A stretch of 64,000 bases of DNA from Octopus vulgaris. Its lineage: Eukaryota. Below the pieces are notes generated by a model that had not been told where the DNA came from, searched no databases, and saw only the letters and a list, made by a program, of their open reading frames with translations. The stretch spans positions 125,550,001 to 125,614,000 of the forward strand of contig OX597817.1 of NCBI GenBank assembly GCA_951406725.2, read 5' to 3'. How positions within the stretch are numbered: the first letter of the stretch is position 1; each line of letters starts with the position of its first letter. Below are positions 38,821-52,526 of the stretch, in pieces. A program made the position numbers and the translations under genes.

Positions 38821-40706
38821 CTTCAAGTACCCTTTAATAATGATTTAAGTGAAGGTGCTAGTCTTTATATCTGAAGACCAATACATAAAACTAAAAAAAC
38901 ACAAATGTTCCCACTTTTTCTTAGTAAAGATATATTTTACAGCGACAGTTATAACCTGGAAAAAGAAGAAAACTATTATAATTTACATTTATTATATCTG
39001 ACAACAAAATAACTCTGATCTTGAAGAAACTTTGAATTGCAAATATGCAAATATTACATCAAATATTACATAAAATTGAAACGATATTAGACCAAAGCTC
39101 TACTTATAAGGAAGATGTGTATATTGGTTATTAATTTAAGAACAAGGCCATACATTATGAGGAAAAGTGTTGGTAACAGTGTATGAAAAGAATTTGACTG
39201 GCAGTATATTTTATCAGTATATTTTATTAACCCTGAAACAAGGATAGGCAAAGAAGACATTGACAGGATTTAAATTAAGTATCAAGAAGGAATATATAAG
39301 GAATAAAAGGAAAAGCAAAAATTTCAGCATCTTCATCATCGTTATTGTCACTCTCATCATCATCATCATCATCATCCTCATCATCACCAGTACCCCCACC
39401 ACATATACCCCTATCATCGTTTGTAGTTTCTGCATTTGTGTAAGTTGGACCAACCTTCTCCAAAGACCATCACATTACGTGTTGCAGATCTTTATATTCT
39501 CATTTCTGACGTACAGCCTCTTGAGATTTGCCTTTATGATTTCTCCTCATCCTAATTATGATGATGATGGGTTATTAAGATGAGAATAACAGTTAAAAAT
39601 GTGATGACGGTCATATATATATATATATATTATATATACATACATACATATACATACATACATACATATATGTACATACATATACATACATACATATATA
39701 TACATATATGTATATATATCTGTATGTATTTAGATGTGTGATATGTAATTAATATAAGCATAAATGCATAATATATATATATATATATATATATATACAA
39801 AACTATGAGAGAGAATCCACTATGTGGACGCTCTAACGCTAGATATAGATCCACAAAGGGAATCCACCACCAAGAATTGTTCTCTGAATCCCAGTCTTTT
39901 ATACGCTAGGCCACTTGGTGTTTAAATTGATGTTATTGATTAATATCCAATTTTTTCACCCTTATTTTGACTTTATATATCATGTGTGCGTGTATGTGTC
40001 AGTGTGTGTGCGTAAGAGTGATATATATCATGTGTGTGTGTATGTGTCAGTGTGTGTGTGTAGGAGTGTAGGTGTGCATAGTTATACATGTATATATGCA
40101 CATATGCACATTCACATACATGCAAACATGCATATGCATTGTTCTTTTGGCAAATTTTTTAATGGTGGCACTTCAGAATTAAGAGGAGCAGAAATGAGAA
40201 GTTTTGGTTATTTAATTAAATTTTCTGTTAGCAATTCAGTTAATATTTGTCTGGTATTACCTCAGGCAAGTAATTTGGTAACTGGTAAACTTGTTACAGC
40301 TCCATCTGAAGATGTTAAGAACTGTTGAAGCTTAAAGAAATCCGTTACTGAACAAACACATTACTTATTAACTTCTAGATTGAAAAATATCATGCATTGT
40401 CAAATAGATGGAATTGGGTTCTGAATAGAAAAGAAGAGGAGGAAGAAATACTAGAAGGATGAGGAGAATTTGGAGAAGAAATAGGAGGAGAAAAAGAAAG
40501 AGGAGAAGGAGGAAGAGAAAAGGAAAGAGAAGAAAATGGAAAAGAACAAACAATTAAAGAAAATTCTATTTGGATGTTAGCCTATGAGAATATCTTCCTC
40601 TTGCATGGATATATTACAGGTCATTGCACTAACGTCTCAGATCAGTCAGTGTAAATGTCTCTCTCTCTTAGTGCTTACACACACACGCACGCCAATACAT
40701 ACAGGT

Positions 40707-40754
<48 letters not shown>

Positions 40755-41442
40755 ACACATTATTAAATGTTCAAGGGGGTCAACATCTGAAGAGAATTCA
40801 ATATAATTATACAGACAAATAGTTATATTGTAATGCCTATTAACCAATATTGACATAGTATAATTAAGAGAGCCTTCAATACTGCTCAGAATGGTTTTAG
40901 ATCTAACATAGAAAACACTTGTCTAACTTGCCACACAACATAACTAAATCTGAAACCATGCAATTTCAAAGAAAATTTCTTAATCAAATAGCCATGCCTG
41001 CAGATATAGATTTTGTATCATTAAATTTTCAACTAATACAATTGCAAAACCATATTTATTACAACAAATCATACCTACAAATTTATAGATTTCGAGTGAA
41101 AATCCAAGTGGTCTCTATTTTTACAACACTATGTTTGAATCATATCGTTTCCACATCATGCACATAGCATCACACTGAGTGGGAAGCACTTCCTGGACAT
41201 TATTTAAAATACATCTCCACTGAATGCAGTGAAATATACAACTTTATCTATTCAAATATATAGGGAACACTTATGTAGCACCTATCAACAACTTAATCTT
41301 AATATTTAATATATTTTAGTATATCTGGCTTCCCAGATCCCAGTCGAACCATCCAACCCATGCTAGCATGGAAAACGGATGTTAAACTATGATGATGATG
41401 ATATATATATATGAGTGTATGTATATATATAAACACGATGTA

Positions 41443-41532
<90 letters not shown>

Positions 41533-41533
<1 letters not shown>

Positions 41534-41685
41534 TATATTATATTAAATTAGAGATAAAACCACTATTAGGCAAATCAAACAGTGAAAAACATAAGCCAAT
41601 ACATAAAATTAATTTAAAAATATAAAAGTTAAAAATTAAAAAATTATTAAAATAATTTAAACTTATAAATTTTAAATATATATAT

Positions 41686-41737
<52 letters not shown>

Positions 41738-43055
41738 TTTATATTTATATATTATTTTGTTTATTAATTAATTAATTTATTTATTTATTTTTTATATCAA
41801 AAGTATTAAAAGTTAATAAAAGATAAAGACTAAAACACTACGATCGTTTCATGGCTGTACCAATTCGAATAAAAATTATTTTAAATTCAGTTAATAATTC
41901 GAGTTAACGGTTACAGTCAATCTTCAGGTTAATTGAAATATTTTAAAAATAATCAGAAATATTTAAACAATATTTTTAAGATATAAATAATATAATAATT
42001 TTACTTATAATAAACTAGAAACTAGAAACTTGAAACTTAATAATTATGATTATATCAAAATCGATTATAATGTTAAATATTAATTTTAATTTTTAAGGTA
42101 AGAAACACACCAATAATCTAATGTCAGTAATAGTCTATATCTAATTACATAAATATAAAAAAAAATGACTATTATATATAAAAAATTATCAATGGATATA
42201 TTTAAATGTATATGAATATTATAATTAAGATCTAAAATAATCTCTATAAATAAATATATATGCACATATAATAAAGACCTAATAAATTAATATTTCATAA
42301 TTAAAGATGAAATATCTAAATTCAAAAATACAAACAAACAAACTTAAACGAACTTTCGGAAATCTTATTAAAAATACTTATAGAAATAATCAATTTGTAG
42401 TTATATAGTATCGAATAAATACTATAAATACTATAAATATATTTATCAATGGCAAATATCAATTTAAAAAGACAATAACTAAGTTATGCTATTAAGTTAG
42501 ACATGGCCTGGACCAATCTTTCGTCGAAACATATCTAAGTTTATCTAATTTTAATTATAAGAAATTTAAAACTACAATTAATACTATTAATACATGTATA
42601 TACATAAATCTAACTTTAGACAACTTGTAATCTTGCTATCAAACGACATATCTATCGCTAACTAAAATCTTACGAATAAACTTAAATTTAATATCTAATA
42701 ATTATATAGAAAATTACGATAATTAGATCATTACATAAACAACAATATTTACATAAGAAAAATATTATTACACCAAAGACTTATAAATATTAAAATTTAC
42801 AATTTAAAGATGTATATATATATTTAAAATTTATAAGTTTAAATTATTTTAATAATTTTTTAATTTTTAACTTTTATATTTTAAAATCAATTTTATGTAT
42901 TGGCTTATGTTTTTCACTGTTTGATTTGCCTAATAGTGGTTTTATCTCTAATGTAATATAATATAATATAATATATTTATACTATAAAATTAGATTTAAT
43001 CCTAAATCTAGTTTTTCCCAGTAAGTTTGGATTTATTCCCTAATATTATTATTAT
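41533..43055. mobile_element. Extremely AT-rich PLE-type element with ~150-bp inverted arms and a hammerhead
   Basis: 41533-41683 is near-perfectly inverted at 42813-42966; hammerhead motif on minus strand at 41834-41930. Confidence 0.7.
41834..41930 (-). ncRNA. Type I hammerhead motif with long helix II
   Basis: Minus strand ac-CTGAAGA-ttgactgtaacc...ggtacagccat-GAA-acgatcgt-a-gt; palindromic stem III, GUA triplet; weak stem I and a mismatch at the first helix II pair. Confidence 0.65.
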
Positions 43056-43069
43056 ATATATATATACAC

Positions 43070-43355
43070 GATGGACTGTCCCATTGAAGACAATGTATGG
43101 AAGTTTAGCTTTTGCTGAATGACCTGCTTTGCTTATGATTTGCTTATAGTGATCAAATGTTTGTGCCACACATTATCTCACTCTCTCCATCAAATTGATG
43201 TCATCTGGACAGGTGCATGTAGTATCTTGCAGCAGGTGTTGAAGTGATTGCAGGGCAACATGAGATGAAATGTTTAGCTCAAGAGCGCAACACACCACCG
43301 GGGCTAGGAATTGAACTCATGATCTAGTGACCATGAGCACAATGCTCTGATTAAA
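43070..43355 (-). mobile_element. Old tRNA/CORE-like SINE
   Basis: Reverse strand gagttcaattcct...gtgttgcgctcttgagctaaacatttcatctc. Confidence 0.6.
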
Positions 43356-44057
43356 CATCTGTTTAAAATAAGAACTGGATCAACTTTTTCAACTAAATGC
43401 TGTGAAGTAGTGTCTCAGGATGGCTGTAGTCTAATGACTGAAACAAATAAAAGTATGTAAGAATAATATACTTGCTCAAAGAAAGAACAGTCAGGTATTT
43501 TTTGCAGATAAAAACTTAACCACTTGTGACTTAGGTTTCAGTTTATTAAACAGTGTCAGCATTTTGCAATCAACTTATTACTGGCTGTATGTAAATAGAT
43601 TTTTACATGAAAAAGAAGTGTGTGTTTTGGACAAGAGCAATTTGCATAATTAAATACAAAAACAACTAAGGGAAATAACTCTCAGAAATAAGCTAAATTA
43701 TGCTAATATGTTCAAATAGCCTGAAATACACATATTAAGTTGTCCTGAGTCTATAAATAAACAGAATCTTTTTTGCCTTAGATATATAACTGAAGAAATA
43801 ATTCCCAACTACTGGAAATTATCATATTTTATCTTGGAGAACACTAACAGTTGTTTTAAGTCTTTTTTATTTGCTCTGTACGTTGTAAAGAAAATTTCAA
43901 TAAATTAGGAGTTTATTGTGTTGTACAATCAGTACATGACCCTTTGATTTAAATACTCAAATCATGCTATTCGCCCCATTGCATTAAACAGTGTAAGCAA
44001 ACAAAGATACACACACATACACACACACACACATATATATATATATATGTATATATT

Positions 44058-44282
44058 CTTACTCTTTTACTTGTTTCAGTCATTTGACTGCAGCCATGCT
44101 GGAGCACCGCCTTTAGTTGAGCAAATCAACCCCGGGACTTATTCTTTGGAAGCTCAGTACTTATTCTATTGGTCTCTTTTGCCGAACTGCTAAGTGACAG
44201 TGACATAAACACACCAGCATCGGTTGTCAAGCAATGCTAGGGGGACAAACACAGACACACAAACACACAAACACACACACAC

Positions 44283-44313
<31 letters not shown>

Positions 44314-44484
44314 CATATATATGACAGGCTTCTTTCAGTTTCCATCTACCAAATCCACTCACAAGGCTTTGGTTGGCCCGGGGCTATAGCAGAAGACACT
44401 TGCCCAAGATGTCACGCAGTGGGATTGAACCCGGAACCATGTGGTTGGTTAGCAAGCTACTTACCACACAGCCACTCCTGCACC
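44058..44484 (-). mobile_element. SINE family B
   Basis: Reverse complement of 52103-52519. Confidence 0.92.
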
Positions 44485-44759
44485 TATATATATATGTGAA
44501 GAGTTTGTAAACAGCCTCCTTATAGTCAAATTCATTCTAACGGAATTGGTCAATAAGTGGCTAAAGAAGATATTTATCCAAGGTGCTTTGCAAAGAGGCT
44601 GAACCCAGAACCATGTTGATGCCAAATGAACAATAATCCTTAAGATCACAAAATAAGAATGAAAAAAAGAATCTTTCAGCTGATGATCACAACATAAATG
44701 TAAAAACAAGTTATCATTAAATGTCATTGATATAAAAGTTACCTGATTTCCATGTATAC

Positions 44760-45008
44760 TCTTTCACTCTTTTACTTTTTTCAGTCATTTGATTGCAGTC
44801 ATGTTGGAGCACTACCTTTAGTCGAGCAAATCAACCCCAGGACTTATTCTTTGTATGCCTGGTACTTATTCTATCGGTCTTTCACTGAACTGCTAAGTTA
44901 CAGGGACGTAAACACAGCAGCATTGGTTGTCAAGCAATGTTGGGGGGACAAACACAGACACACAAACATATACACACACACATACATATATATATACATA
45001 TGTATATA

Positions 45009-45056
<48 letters not shown>

Positions 45057-45225
45057 TACAATGGGCTTCTTTTTTCAGTTTCCATGTACCAAATCCACTG
45101 ACAAGGCTTTGGTCGGCCCGAGGCTATAGTAGAAGACACTTGCCCAAGGTGCCATGCAGTGGGACTGAACCCAGAAATATGTTGTTCGTAAGCAAGCTAC
45201 TTACCACACAGCAACTCCTATGCCT
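44760..45225 (-). mobile_element. SINE family B
   Basis: As above. Confidence 0.9.
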
Positions 45226-45509
45226 TTATATATGTATAATCATATAGTCTAAAGGAGTGAGTCATATTTATTTTATTACATATATAACATCTATATATAT
45301 GATATCATATATGATACAAAACCACATCAAAATGCAAATCTAAAACAAAGCAAAATACAAATATGAATGAAGAAAGAAAAAGAAAAAAAGGTAAAAAGAA
45401 GAGGAAGAAAGAAAAATACATCAATTCAACACCAAACATGTAAATTGGTTGCACACTACAAGGTTCAATGGAGCCCACTGAAGCAAGCCAGCACACTAGT
45501 AGGTGATGA

Positions 45510-45876
45510 AAAGTGCATCTCTGACATTGGGCAGGAGTAGTGGGGAAGTATCATAACCATGTGTTGAGAGGAATTCTTTAGGGTTTGAATAATTCACCTC
45601 TGGAATCATGAGCTTTCGTTCAACTCCTTAAAGAAACCTTATTTAGGGACCTTTGGAGCAGGATGGGCTGCTCAACCTGAAGTAAATTCTAACTGGGTCC
45701 CACCTGCAAGTTTATGCACTGTTTATCTTGATAAGAGATCACCATGTCATATACATGTGGTTGTGATGCATGTACCTGGTGTACCCTTATCAGACAGGTA
45801 ATGATGATGGGTATATTGGGCTTCATATATTTGTATGCCAGCATCACTTTAATGGAATGCACTGCTCTCTCACTGA
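45510..45876. mobile_element. Partial ~560-bp TAA-associated repeat
   Basis: Matches 48530-48891; followed by (TAA)n. Confidence 0.85.
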
Positions 45877-46066
45877 ATAATAATAATAATAATCATAATA
45901 ATCTAGAAAAATACTATGTGCAAAACCAAATATATGACACCCTGTGCATAACACCGACTTGAACTTCTAATTTGTTGTCTCTTGAGGTCTCTGTGTGAGG
46001 CTTGGAGTCAAGTTGTACAAATACAAAGCAAAAGTCAAACATAAGGTAATAATAATGATAAAATAA

Positions 46067-47312
46067 TGTTATTTGTTATAGCCTTGATCCCACTTTCTGT
46101 AGTCCTATGCAAAATCAATGTGCACTTGAGCTGAAAAAGAATGGACCTTGTCTCAACCACTTTTCCTTCATAGATGATTTAAAACTGTTTGCAAAAACAG
46201 AACCTGAAATGGAGTGGCTGGTTAGGACTGTGCAGTAAGGATATAGGGATGGAATTCGGTATCTTGAAGTGTACGGTGCTTACTTTGAAGCAGGGGAAAT
46301 GAGTAAAGTGTAGGGGTACAGAATTGCCAAATGGAGAGAGAACTGGAAGACCCAGATGATGATGGGTACAAATAACTTGTGATCCTGGAGTTGGATAATA
46401 TCTTGCACAAATAAATGAAAGTCAATGTCATCACTGCATATTTCAAGCACCTCAAACTTGAAATCAAAATGCAATTCAAGGAACCTTGTGACTGCTATCA
46501 ACATATGGACTGTCACTGTAGTCCACTATAGTGCACCCATCCTGAAATGGACTCAAGCAAAGATTGACCTACTTGATTACACTATCTGAAAGACAATGAC
46601 AATGCTTGGTGCCCTCCACCCTAAGGCAAATGTACACAGGCTCTACATGAAGAGAGGTAAAGGTGGAAGTGAGCTGATTAGTGTATGGCAGTGCATCGGC
46701 AGGGAAAGAAGAAGCATGGCAGAATATTTGGTAAACAGCAAACAAGATGTGCTACAGTATACTGCTAGTGCAGAAGGAGTTAACAAAAATGGACTTGAGA
46801 GTGCTCAGGAATTCTGATCAAGAACAGCCAATGAGAGAGAGGAAACCCTACTCTGTATGGAATTACATGGTCAGTTCCACCATGAAACCAACAAGTTAAA
46901 AGACCAGGAAGTATCATGGAGGTAGCTCAACAAAGGTGACCAAAAAACGAATACTGAAAGCCTAATCATTGCTACCAAGGACCAGGTATTGAATTCCAAC
47001 TCAGTGAAAAAGAATATATACCACATAAATGCAATGGACCTCTGTAGAATGTGTGGGAAGAGGGTTGAAAGCATGACTCACATTGTTAATGCTTGTGAAA
47101 GTCTTGTGCAGAAAGAGTACAAGCATAGACATGACAGGGTAGCTCAAAGCCTTCACTAGCTGCTATGCCATAAGTATGTTTTTGAGGTTACTGGTGCTTG
47201 GTACCAACATACACCAAAAAAGGTAATGGACGAAAAGAGGGAGGCAAAAATCCCCTGGGACTTTGACTTCCAGACAGACAATACTTTAGAGCACTGAAGG
47301 CCAAATATAGTA
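46067..47312 (+). mobile_element. R4/Dong-like LINE fragment (RT C-half, CCHC finger, start of endonuclease), pseudogene
   Basis: LFVIALIPLS, FIDDLKLFAK, DIGMEFGILKC, LHPKANVHRLYMKRGKGG, LHGQF, CRMCGKRVESMTHIVNAC, RHDRVA, WDFDFQTD. Confidence 0.92.
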
Positions 47313-48147
47313 ACCTTTAGGAGGAATGTGCCTAGAAACAGGGGTGGATGAAGTCTCATAGTATGCAAGATCTGTGTTGTCAATGAGAACAATCTGGGAT
47401 GGTACATCAAACAGAAGAGTGAATCCTTGCTTGCCACTCTTAGAATTAATTATGTAATACCTACCAGAGATGTGATGCACCTACAAGCATTTAAGAAACC
47501 AGATGAAGAAGAAAGTAAGCAACTGAAAAATGAAACTACTGCATGGGCAATACCTCAGAGAAATCGAAAGAATTGACAAGATCAAAACTTGGAGATGGCT
47601 AAGAAAAGCAGGATCAACACTTTCAGATGCCTCCATGCATCTGAAAGGATGCATGGAGGCAGCATGGAGGCATTGATATGGAGCATCCAGGAACAAGCTC
47701 TGAGAACTAATTACACCAAGTTCTAAATAGATAAGAGTAGCAAATCTCCTTTTCGTAGCAGGTGTGGCAGCAGAAACGAAATGCTATCACATATTGTGAG
47801 TGAGTGTAGCAAGCAGGCCCAAAAGCACTACAAAAGGAAGCACAATAATATAGCTGAGTTCATCCACTGGAGACTATATGAAAAGTACAGCCTGAACAGA
47901 GAACGGAAATGGTACATACATGAACCAGAAGGAGTCACCGAAAACAAGGAACATAAGATATTGTGGGATTTTATAATACATTGGGACTTGTTTATTTTAT
48001 AATACATTGGAGACCAGTTATTGTTGGGGTAGATAAAGGAAAAAAGGAAACCAAGCTCAGATATTGCAATACCTTGAGATGCATGCATAAGTGACAAAGA
48101 AGTAGAAAAGATTGAAAAGTACAAACTACTAAAAGACGAAATTGCAA
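47313..48147 (+). mobile_element. Second, different R4/Dong-like LINE fragment
   Basis: PRNRGG, LHGQYLRE, QEQALRTNY, SHIVSECSK, KILWDF, DIAIP, EKIEKYK. Confidence 0.9.
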
Positions 48148-48298
48148 TGGTATTTTTCGATGTTATTATTGTTGTTGTTGTTGGTGTTGTTCAGGTCACT
48201 GCTTGGAATCGAACTCAGAATTTTGGGATTAGTAGCCAGTGCTCTTAACCTGAACAATAATAATGATGATGATGTTAATAATAATAATAATGATGAAG

Positions 48299-48336
<38 letters not shown>

Positions 48337-48337
<1 letters not shown>

Positions 48338-48891
48338 GCCCTGATGCAGTACCAGGCAGTGGCTCTCATGGCTTCTGATCTTAACTGATTGGAAGTGTTA
48401 TCATGTACATTGTTTTGTCTTGGTATAAAAGATGGGCTACAGCAAATATTCTGCTCAATACCGCAGATTTGCTTGTCAGTTGTTTGACCTTAACCAGTTG
48501 AGCATGTCCCTTAGTGGCTGACGATATGTGCATCTCTGATCACGAGCAGAAGTAGTGGGGGAGCATCATAGCCATGTGTTGAGAGGGATTCTTTGGGGTT
48601 TGAATAGTTCACCTCTGGAAACATGGGTGGTTCTTTCAACATCCTTAAACAACCCTTATTCAGGGACCGTTTGAGCGGGATGGGCTACTCAACCTGAAGA
48701 AAATTCTAACTAGGCCCCACCTGCAAGGTCATGTGCTGTTTATCTTGATATGAGATCACCATGTCGCGCACATATGGTTGTGATGCATGTGCCTGGTGTA
48801 CCTTTATCAGACGGGTAGTCATGATGGGTATATTGGGCTTCGTATATTTTACCCCAGTGTCACTTTGATGGCATGAACTGCTCTCTCACTC
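48337..48891. mobile_element. ~560-bp TAA-associated repeat, full copy
   Basis: tgccctgatgcagtacc...ctctctcactc, flanked by (TAA)n on both sides. Confidence 0.9.
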
Positions 48892-48919
48892 AATGATAAT
48901 AACAATAATAATAATAATA

Positions 48920-49325
48920 TGCTCAATACCACAGATTTGCTTGTCAGTTGTTTGACCTTAAGCAGTTGAGCATGTCCCTTAGTGGCTGACGATATGTGCA
49001 TCTCTGATCACGAGCAGAAGTAGTGGGGGAGCATCATAGCCATGTGTTGAGAAGGATTCTTTGAGGTTTGAATAATTCACCTCTGGAAACATGGGTGTTT
49101 TGTTCAACGTCCTTAAACAACCCTTATTCAGGGACCTTTTGAACTGGGCTCCACCTGCAAGGTCATGTGCTGTTTATCTTGATATAAGATCACCATGTCA
49201 TATACATGTGGTTGTGATGCATGTACCTGGTATACCCTTATCAGACGGGTAGTCATGATGGGTATACTGGGCTTCGTATATTTTACCCCAGTGTCACTTT
49301 GATGGCATGCTCTGCTCGCTCACTC
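48920..49325. mobile_element. ~560-bp TAA-associated repeat, truncated copy
   Basis: Tandem with the previous copy, separated by (TAA)n. Confidence 0.9.
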
Positions 49326-49480
49326 AATAATAATAATAATAATAATGATAATAACAACAACAACATTGAAAAATTTCTCCAAGACACGTGATGGCTGGAG
49401 GGTGTATCAGCCGAAGCATTGTGTTAACAATAAACAAGATGCAGACAAATATCTGTCAAATGTAAATAATACAAATAAAT

Positions 49481-49722
49481 GGCACCCTGTGCATAACACC
49501 AACTTGAACTTCTAATTTGTGGTCTATTGAGGTCTCTGTGTGATACTTGGATTCAAGTTGTACTAATACAAAGCTAAAGTCAAACATAAAGTAATAATAA
49601 TGATAAAATAATTTTATTTGTTATAGCCTTGATCCCACTTTCTGTAGTCTTATGCAAAATCAATGTGCACTATGAGCTGAGAAAGAATGGACCTCGTCTC
49701 AACCACCCTATCTTCATGGATG
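49481..49722 (+). repeat. Direct duplicate of 45936-46178
   Basis: Includes the same UTR-(TAA)-RT junction. Confidence 0.9.
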
Positions 49723-51134
49723 AGCTACAGCAATTTTTGCCTGGTTCCCAAAGCATCAAATGCTGAAAATGAACTGTCTTATCTTCCATTTTAAAGGGTT
49801 ACAGAATTAACACAGGTTATAGGAACATAAACCTTCTTCCACGAAAAGATAGCTTAAACTGTGCTCTTAATGGAGGTGTAGTCAAATCCTATTTTATGGA
49901 CTCAGCCATGTTCTAAAATAAGTCGAAAAGTAAGCTACTATAAATCAGCATGCACTTTCCAGACAACCCAATAGATTAGAACCTTTTGTATCTACTCCAT
50001 GCAGTATAAAATATAAAGTTGACCGTGGTTGTATTTGAACTCAGAATGCACAGAACATAAGGATCATTGCCCAATGATTCGCTAGCCTTTCCTCAAAAGT
50101 TAAAACAGTGAAAGGTAACATGAACTTTTCTTAGTTTTGAATGCAGTGCCTTAAAAGTGCAGTCAAAATCCAACTATGTATATACATGTAGTCTTACAGT
50201 AATTCTACAGTTACAGCTGTCTCCCATCTCCTTCATGTTAAAGTCATAATAAAGGATAGAAAACTTTGGAATGTTAAACATTATTATTGCTATTGTTGGT
50301 GGTGGTGTTGATTTTGTGTAGCAGCTGCTATTGTTCTTGTTGTTATCATTGTTACTTTATATATAACAATTATAGCAATATATTGGTGTGTATACACAGA
50401 TGCACACAAACACATATATGTACTATATATATATATATATTTATATGTATATAAATATATATGTATATATGTATGTGTGTGTGTTTGTATTCATGTGTAT
50501 ATATATATATGTATATATATATAGAGAGAGAGAGAAGGGGAAAAGAAGAAAGAGAGAGAAGGAAGGTGAGAGAAAGAAAGTGAGGGATCATAATGATGTT
50601 TCAATGTAGTGGAAGCATCATTGATTAAAACCACATATGTTGAAAACTAAACTCTATCTCCAAGTCATGTCTCATTCTAATGAAAGCACTGCAAAGTTTA
50701 CAGTCAATTAGCAAATACATTTCTGAAAGTAGTTCTCTCTGTAAGCATAGCTGTGTGTGCAAGTGTTGGTTTACTTGAATGTACAGTATGTGCACACAGA
50801 GTGTAAGAGTGTGAGGTGTGTTGTGGGGAAAAGTGGTTCTTGTAAGGAGGTAGGAGGGTGAAAATATCAATATCATTCTTTGCGAGATAAACTAAGAATG
50901 GAAAAAGGAATAAATAAATAAATAATTAAATGAATAGATAAAGGTGGATTGTCGAAGAAGAGAATAGAAATGGAAAAGAAACAAAAGGTGAAAACGAAAT
51001 TTTAGAAAAGTAAAGAAAATTTTAAGAAGTTTAATTAAATGATGTATGTGTCTATTTATGTATGCATACTTCCATAAATATATGTTATGTGTATGTTTGC
51101 CTGTCTGTGAGTGAATTATATACACACTACACAC

Positions 51135-51188
<54 letters not shown>

Positions 51189-51232
51189 GCATATATGTAT
51201 ACATACATACATGGATATGTTTTGTGTGATTA

Positions 51233-51284
<52 letters not shown>

Positions 51285-52102
51285 AAATTCCATTATGAAC
51301 ACGCACATGAACGTGTTATGGTTAGGTAGATGGGAAGGTTTTTAAGATTAACACACACACACACATATGCACTTTACACACACTCAAATTCACATTCATG
51401 CATCCCAGCTATATACACATGTATTTATGATAAAGAACTCATTTTTACTTGCCCAAGCTTATGTGACTTATCATGCATAAATAACGTCGGATGGTTGGAA
51501 CATGTTTAAAATAATGATCTCACTCACTCTTCGTTTATTCTGCTTCACCTGACCAGAGAAATCAATGATGCTGCATAATTCACAACTACATCGAAACCCA
51601 GCTCAATTAAGAAGGCACAAAAAGCTATCACATTAAAGAAGTGTTCAACTATTCTATCTGTTTATTTGATCAATATTGTATTTATTACATGAGCCTGAAG
51701 AAAGAATTTGAAAGAAATTTAAATCCACAAGCTTCTTCTCCAATGTCCACTTATTTAGTTTTTCTAACCTCCATTTAAGTTTCTTTTTCTTTTTGTTCTG
51801 TGTTCATTTCTATTCTTTTTACTCTTTTTGCTTTTGTTTTTTTTTTGTTTTTCATGTACATATGTTGGCATTACTTAGATTTCTTTCAATTAGGCACAAA
51901 GCCAATGTTTAAAAATCGTTTGCTGTGTATTGTCAATTAAACTAGATCTCTGTTATTATCTATTGCTATTTATCTCACGTTGCCATTTACTTGACATACC
52001 AAAAACTATGTTATCCTATTATATTATTGGCTGGGATAAGTTATATTGACTCTGATCTTTTAAGATTATTAACAAGCCAAGAATTTAAAATCAAAATCTA
52101 CA

Positions 52103-52519
52103 GGTGCAGGAGTGGCTGTGTGGTAAGTAGCTTGCTAACCAACCACATAGTTCTGGGTTCAGTCCCACTGCATGGCATCTTGGGCAAGTGTCTTCTGCTA
52201 TAGCCCCGGGCCGACCAATGCCTTGTGAGTGGATTTGGTAGACGGAAACTGAAAGAAGCCTGTCGTATATATGTATATATATATATAAGTGTGTGTGTAT
52301 ATGTTTGTGTGTCTGTGTTTGTCCCCCTAGCATTGCTTGACAACCGATGCTGGTGTGTTTACGTCCCCGTCACTTAGCGGTTCGGCAAAAGAGACCGATA
52401 GAATAAGTACTGGGCTTACAAAGAATAAATCCCGGGGTCGATTTGCTCGACTAAAGGTGGTGCTCCAGCATGGCCGCAGTCAAATGACTGAAACAAGTAA
52501 AAGAGTAAAGAGTAAAGAG
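52103..52519 (+). mobile_element. SINE family B (young copy)
   Basis: Full length with (aagagta)n tail. Confidence 0.92.
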
Positions 52520-52526
52520 AGATCTA

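Larger units (their letters stand above)
48148..49480 (+). mobile_element. Second copy of the tRNA/TAA/hammerhead-like element, with inverted 5' piece (48148-48249) and two nested ~560-bp-family inserts
   Basis: Minus-strand head, then plus-strand cctgaacaataataat; body with ggctg/cagcc hairpin at 49381-49425. Confidence 0.6.

Noticed and set aside
39973-40070. ~48-bp tandem duplication
   Set aside because: Two units of low-complexity sequence; slippage, not a CRISPR or functional array
51690-51725. ctgaagaaagaatttgaaag hammerhead-like (also ~40305-40345)
   Set aside because: Helix II and stems I/III cannot be drawn convincingly
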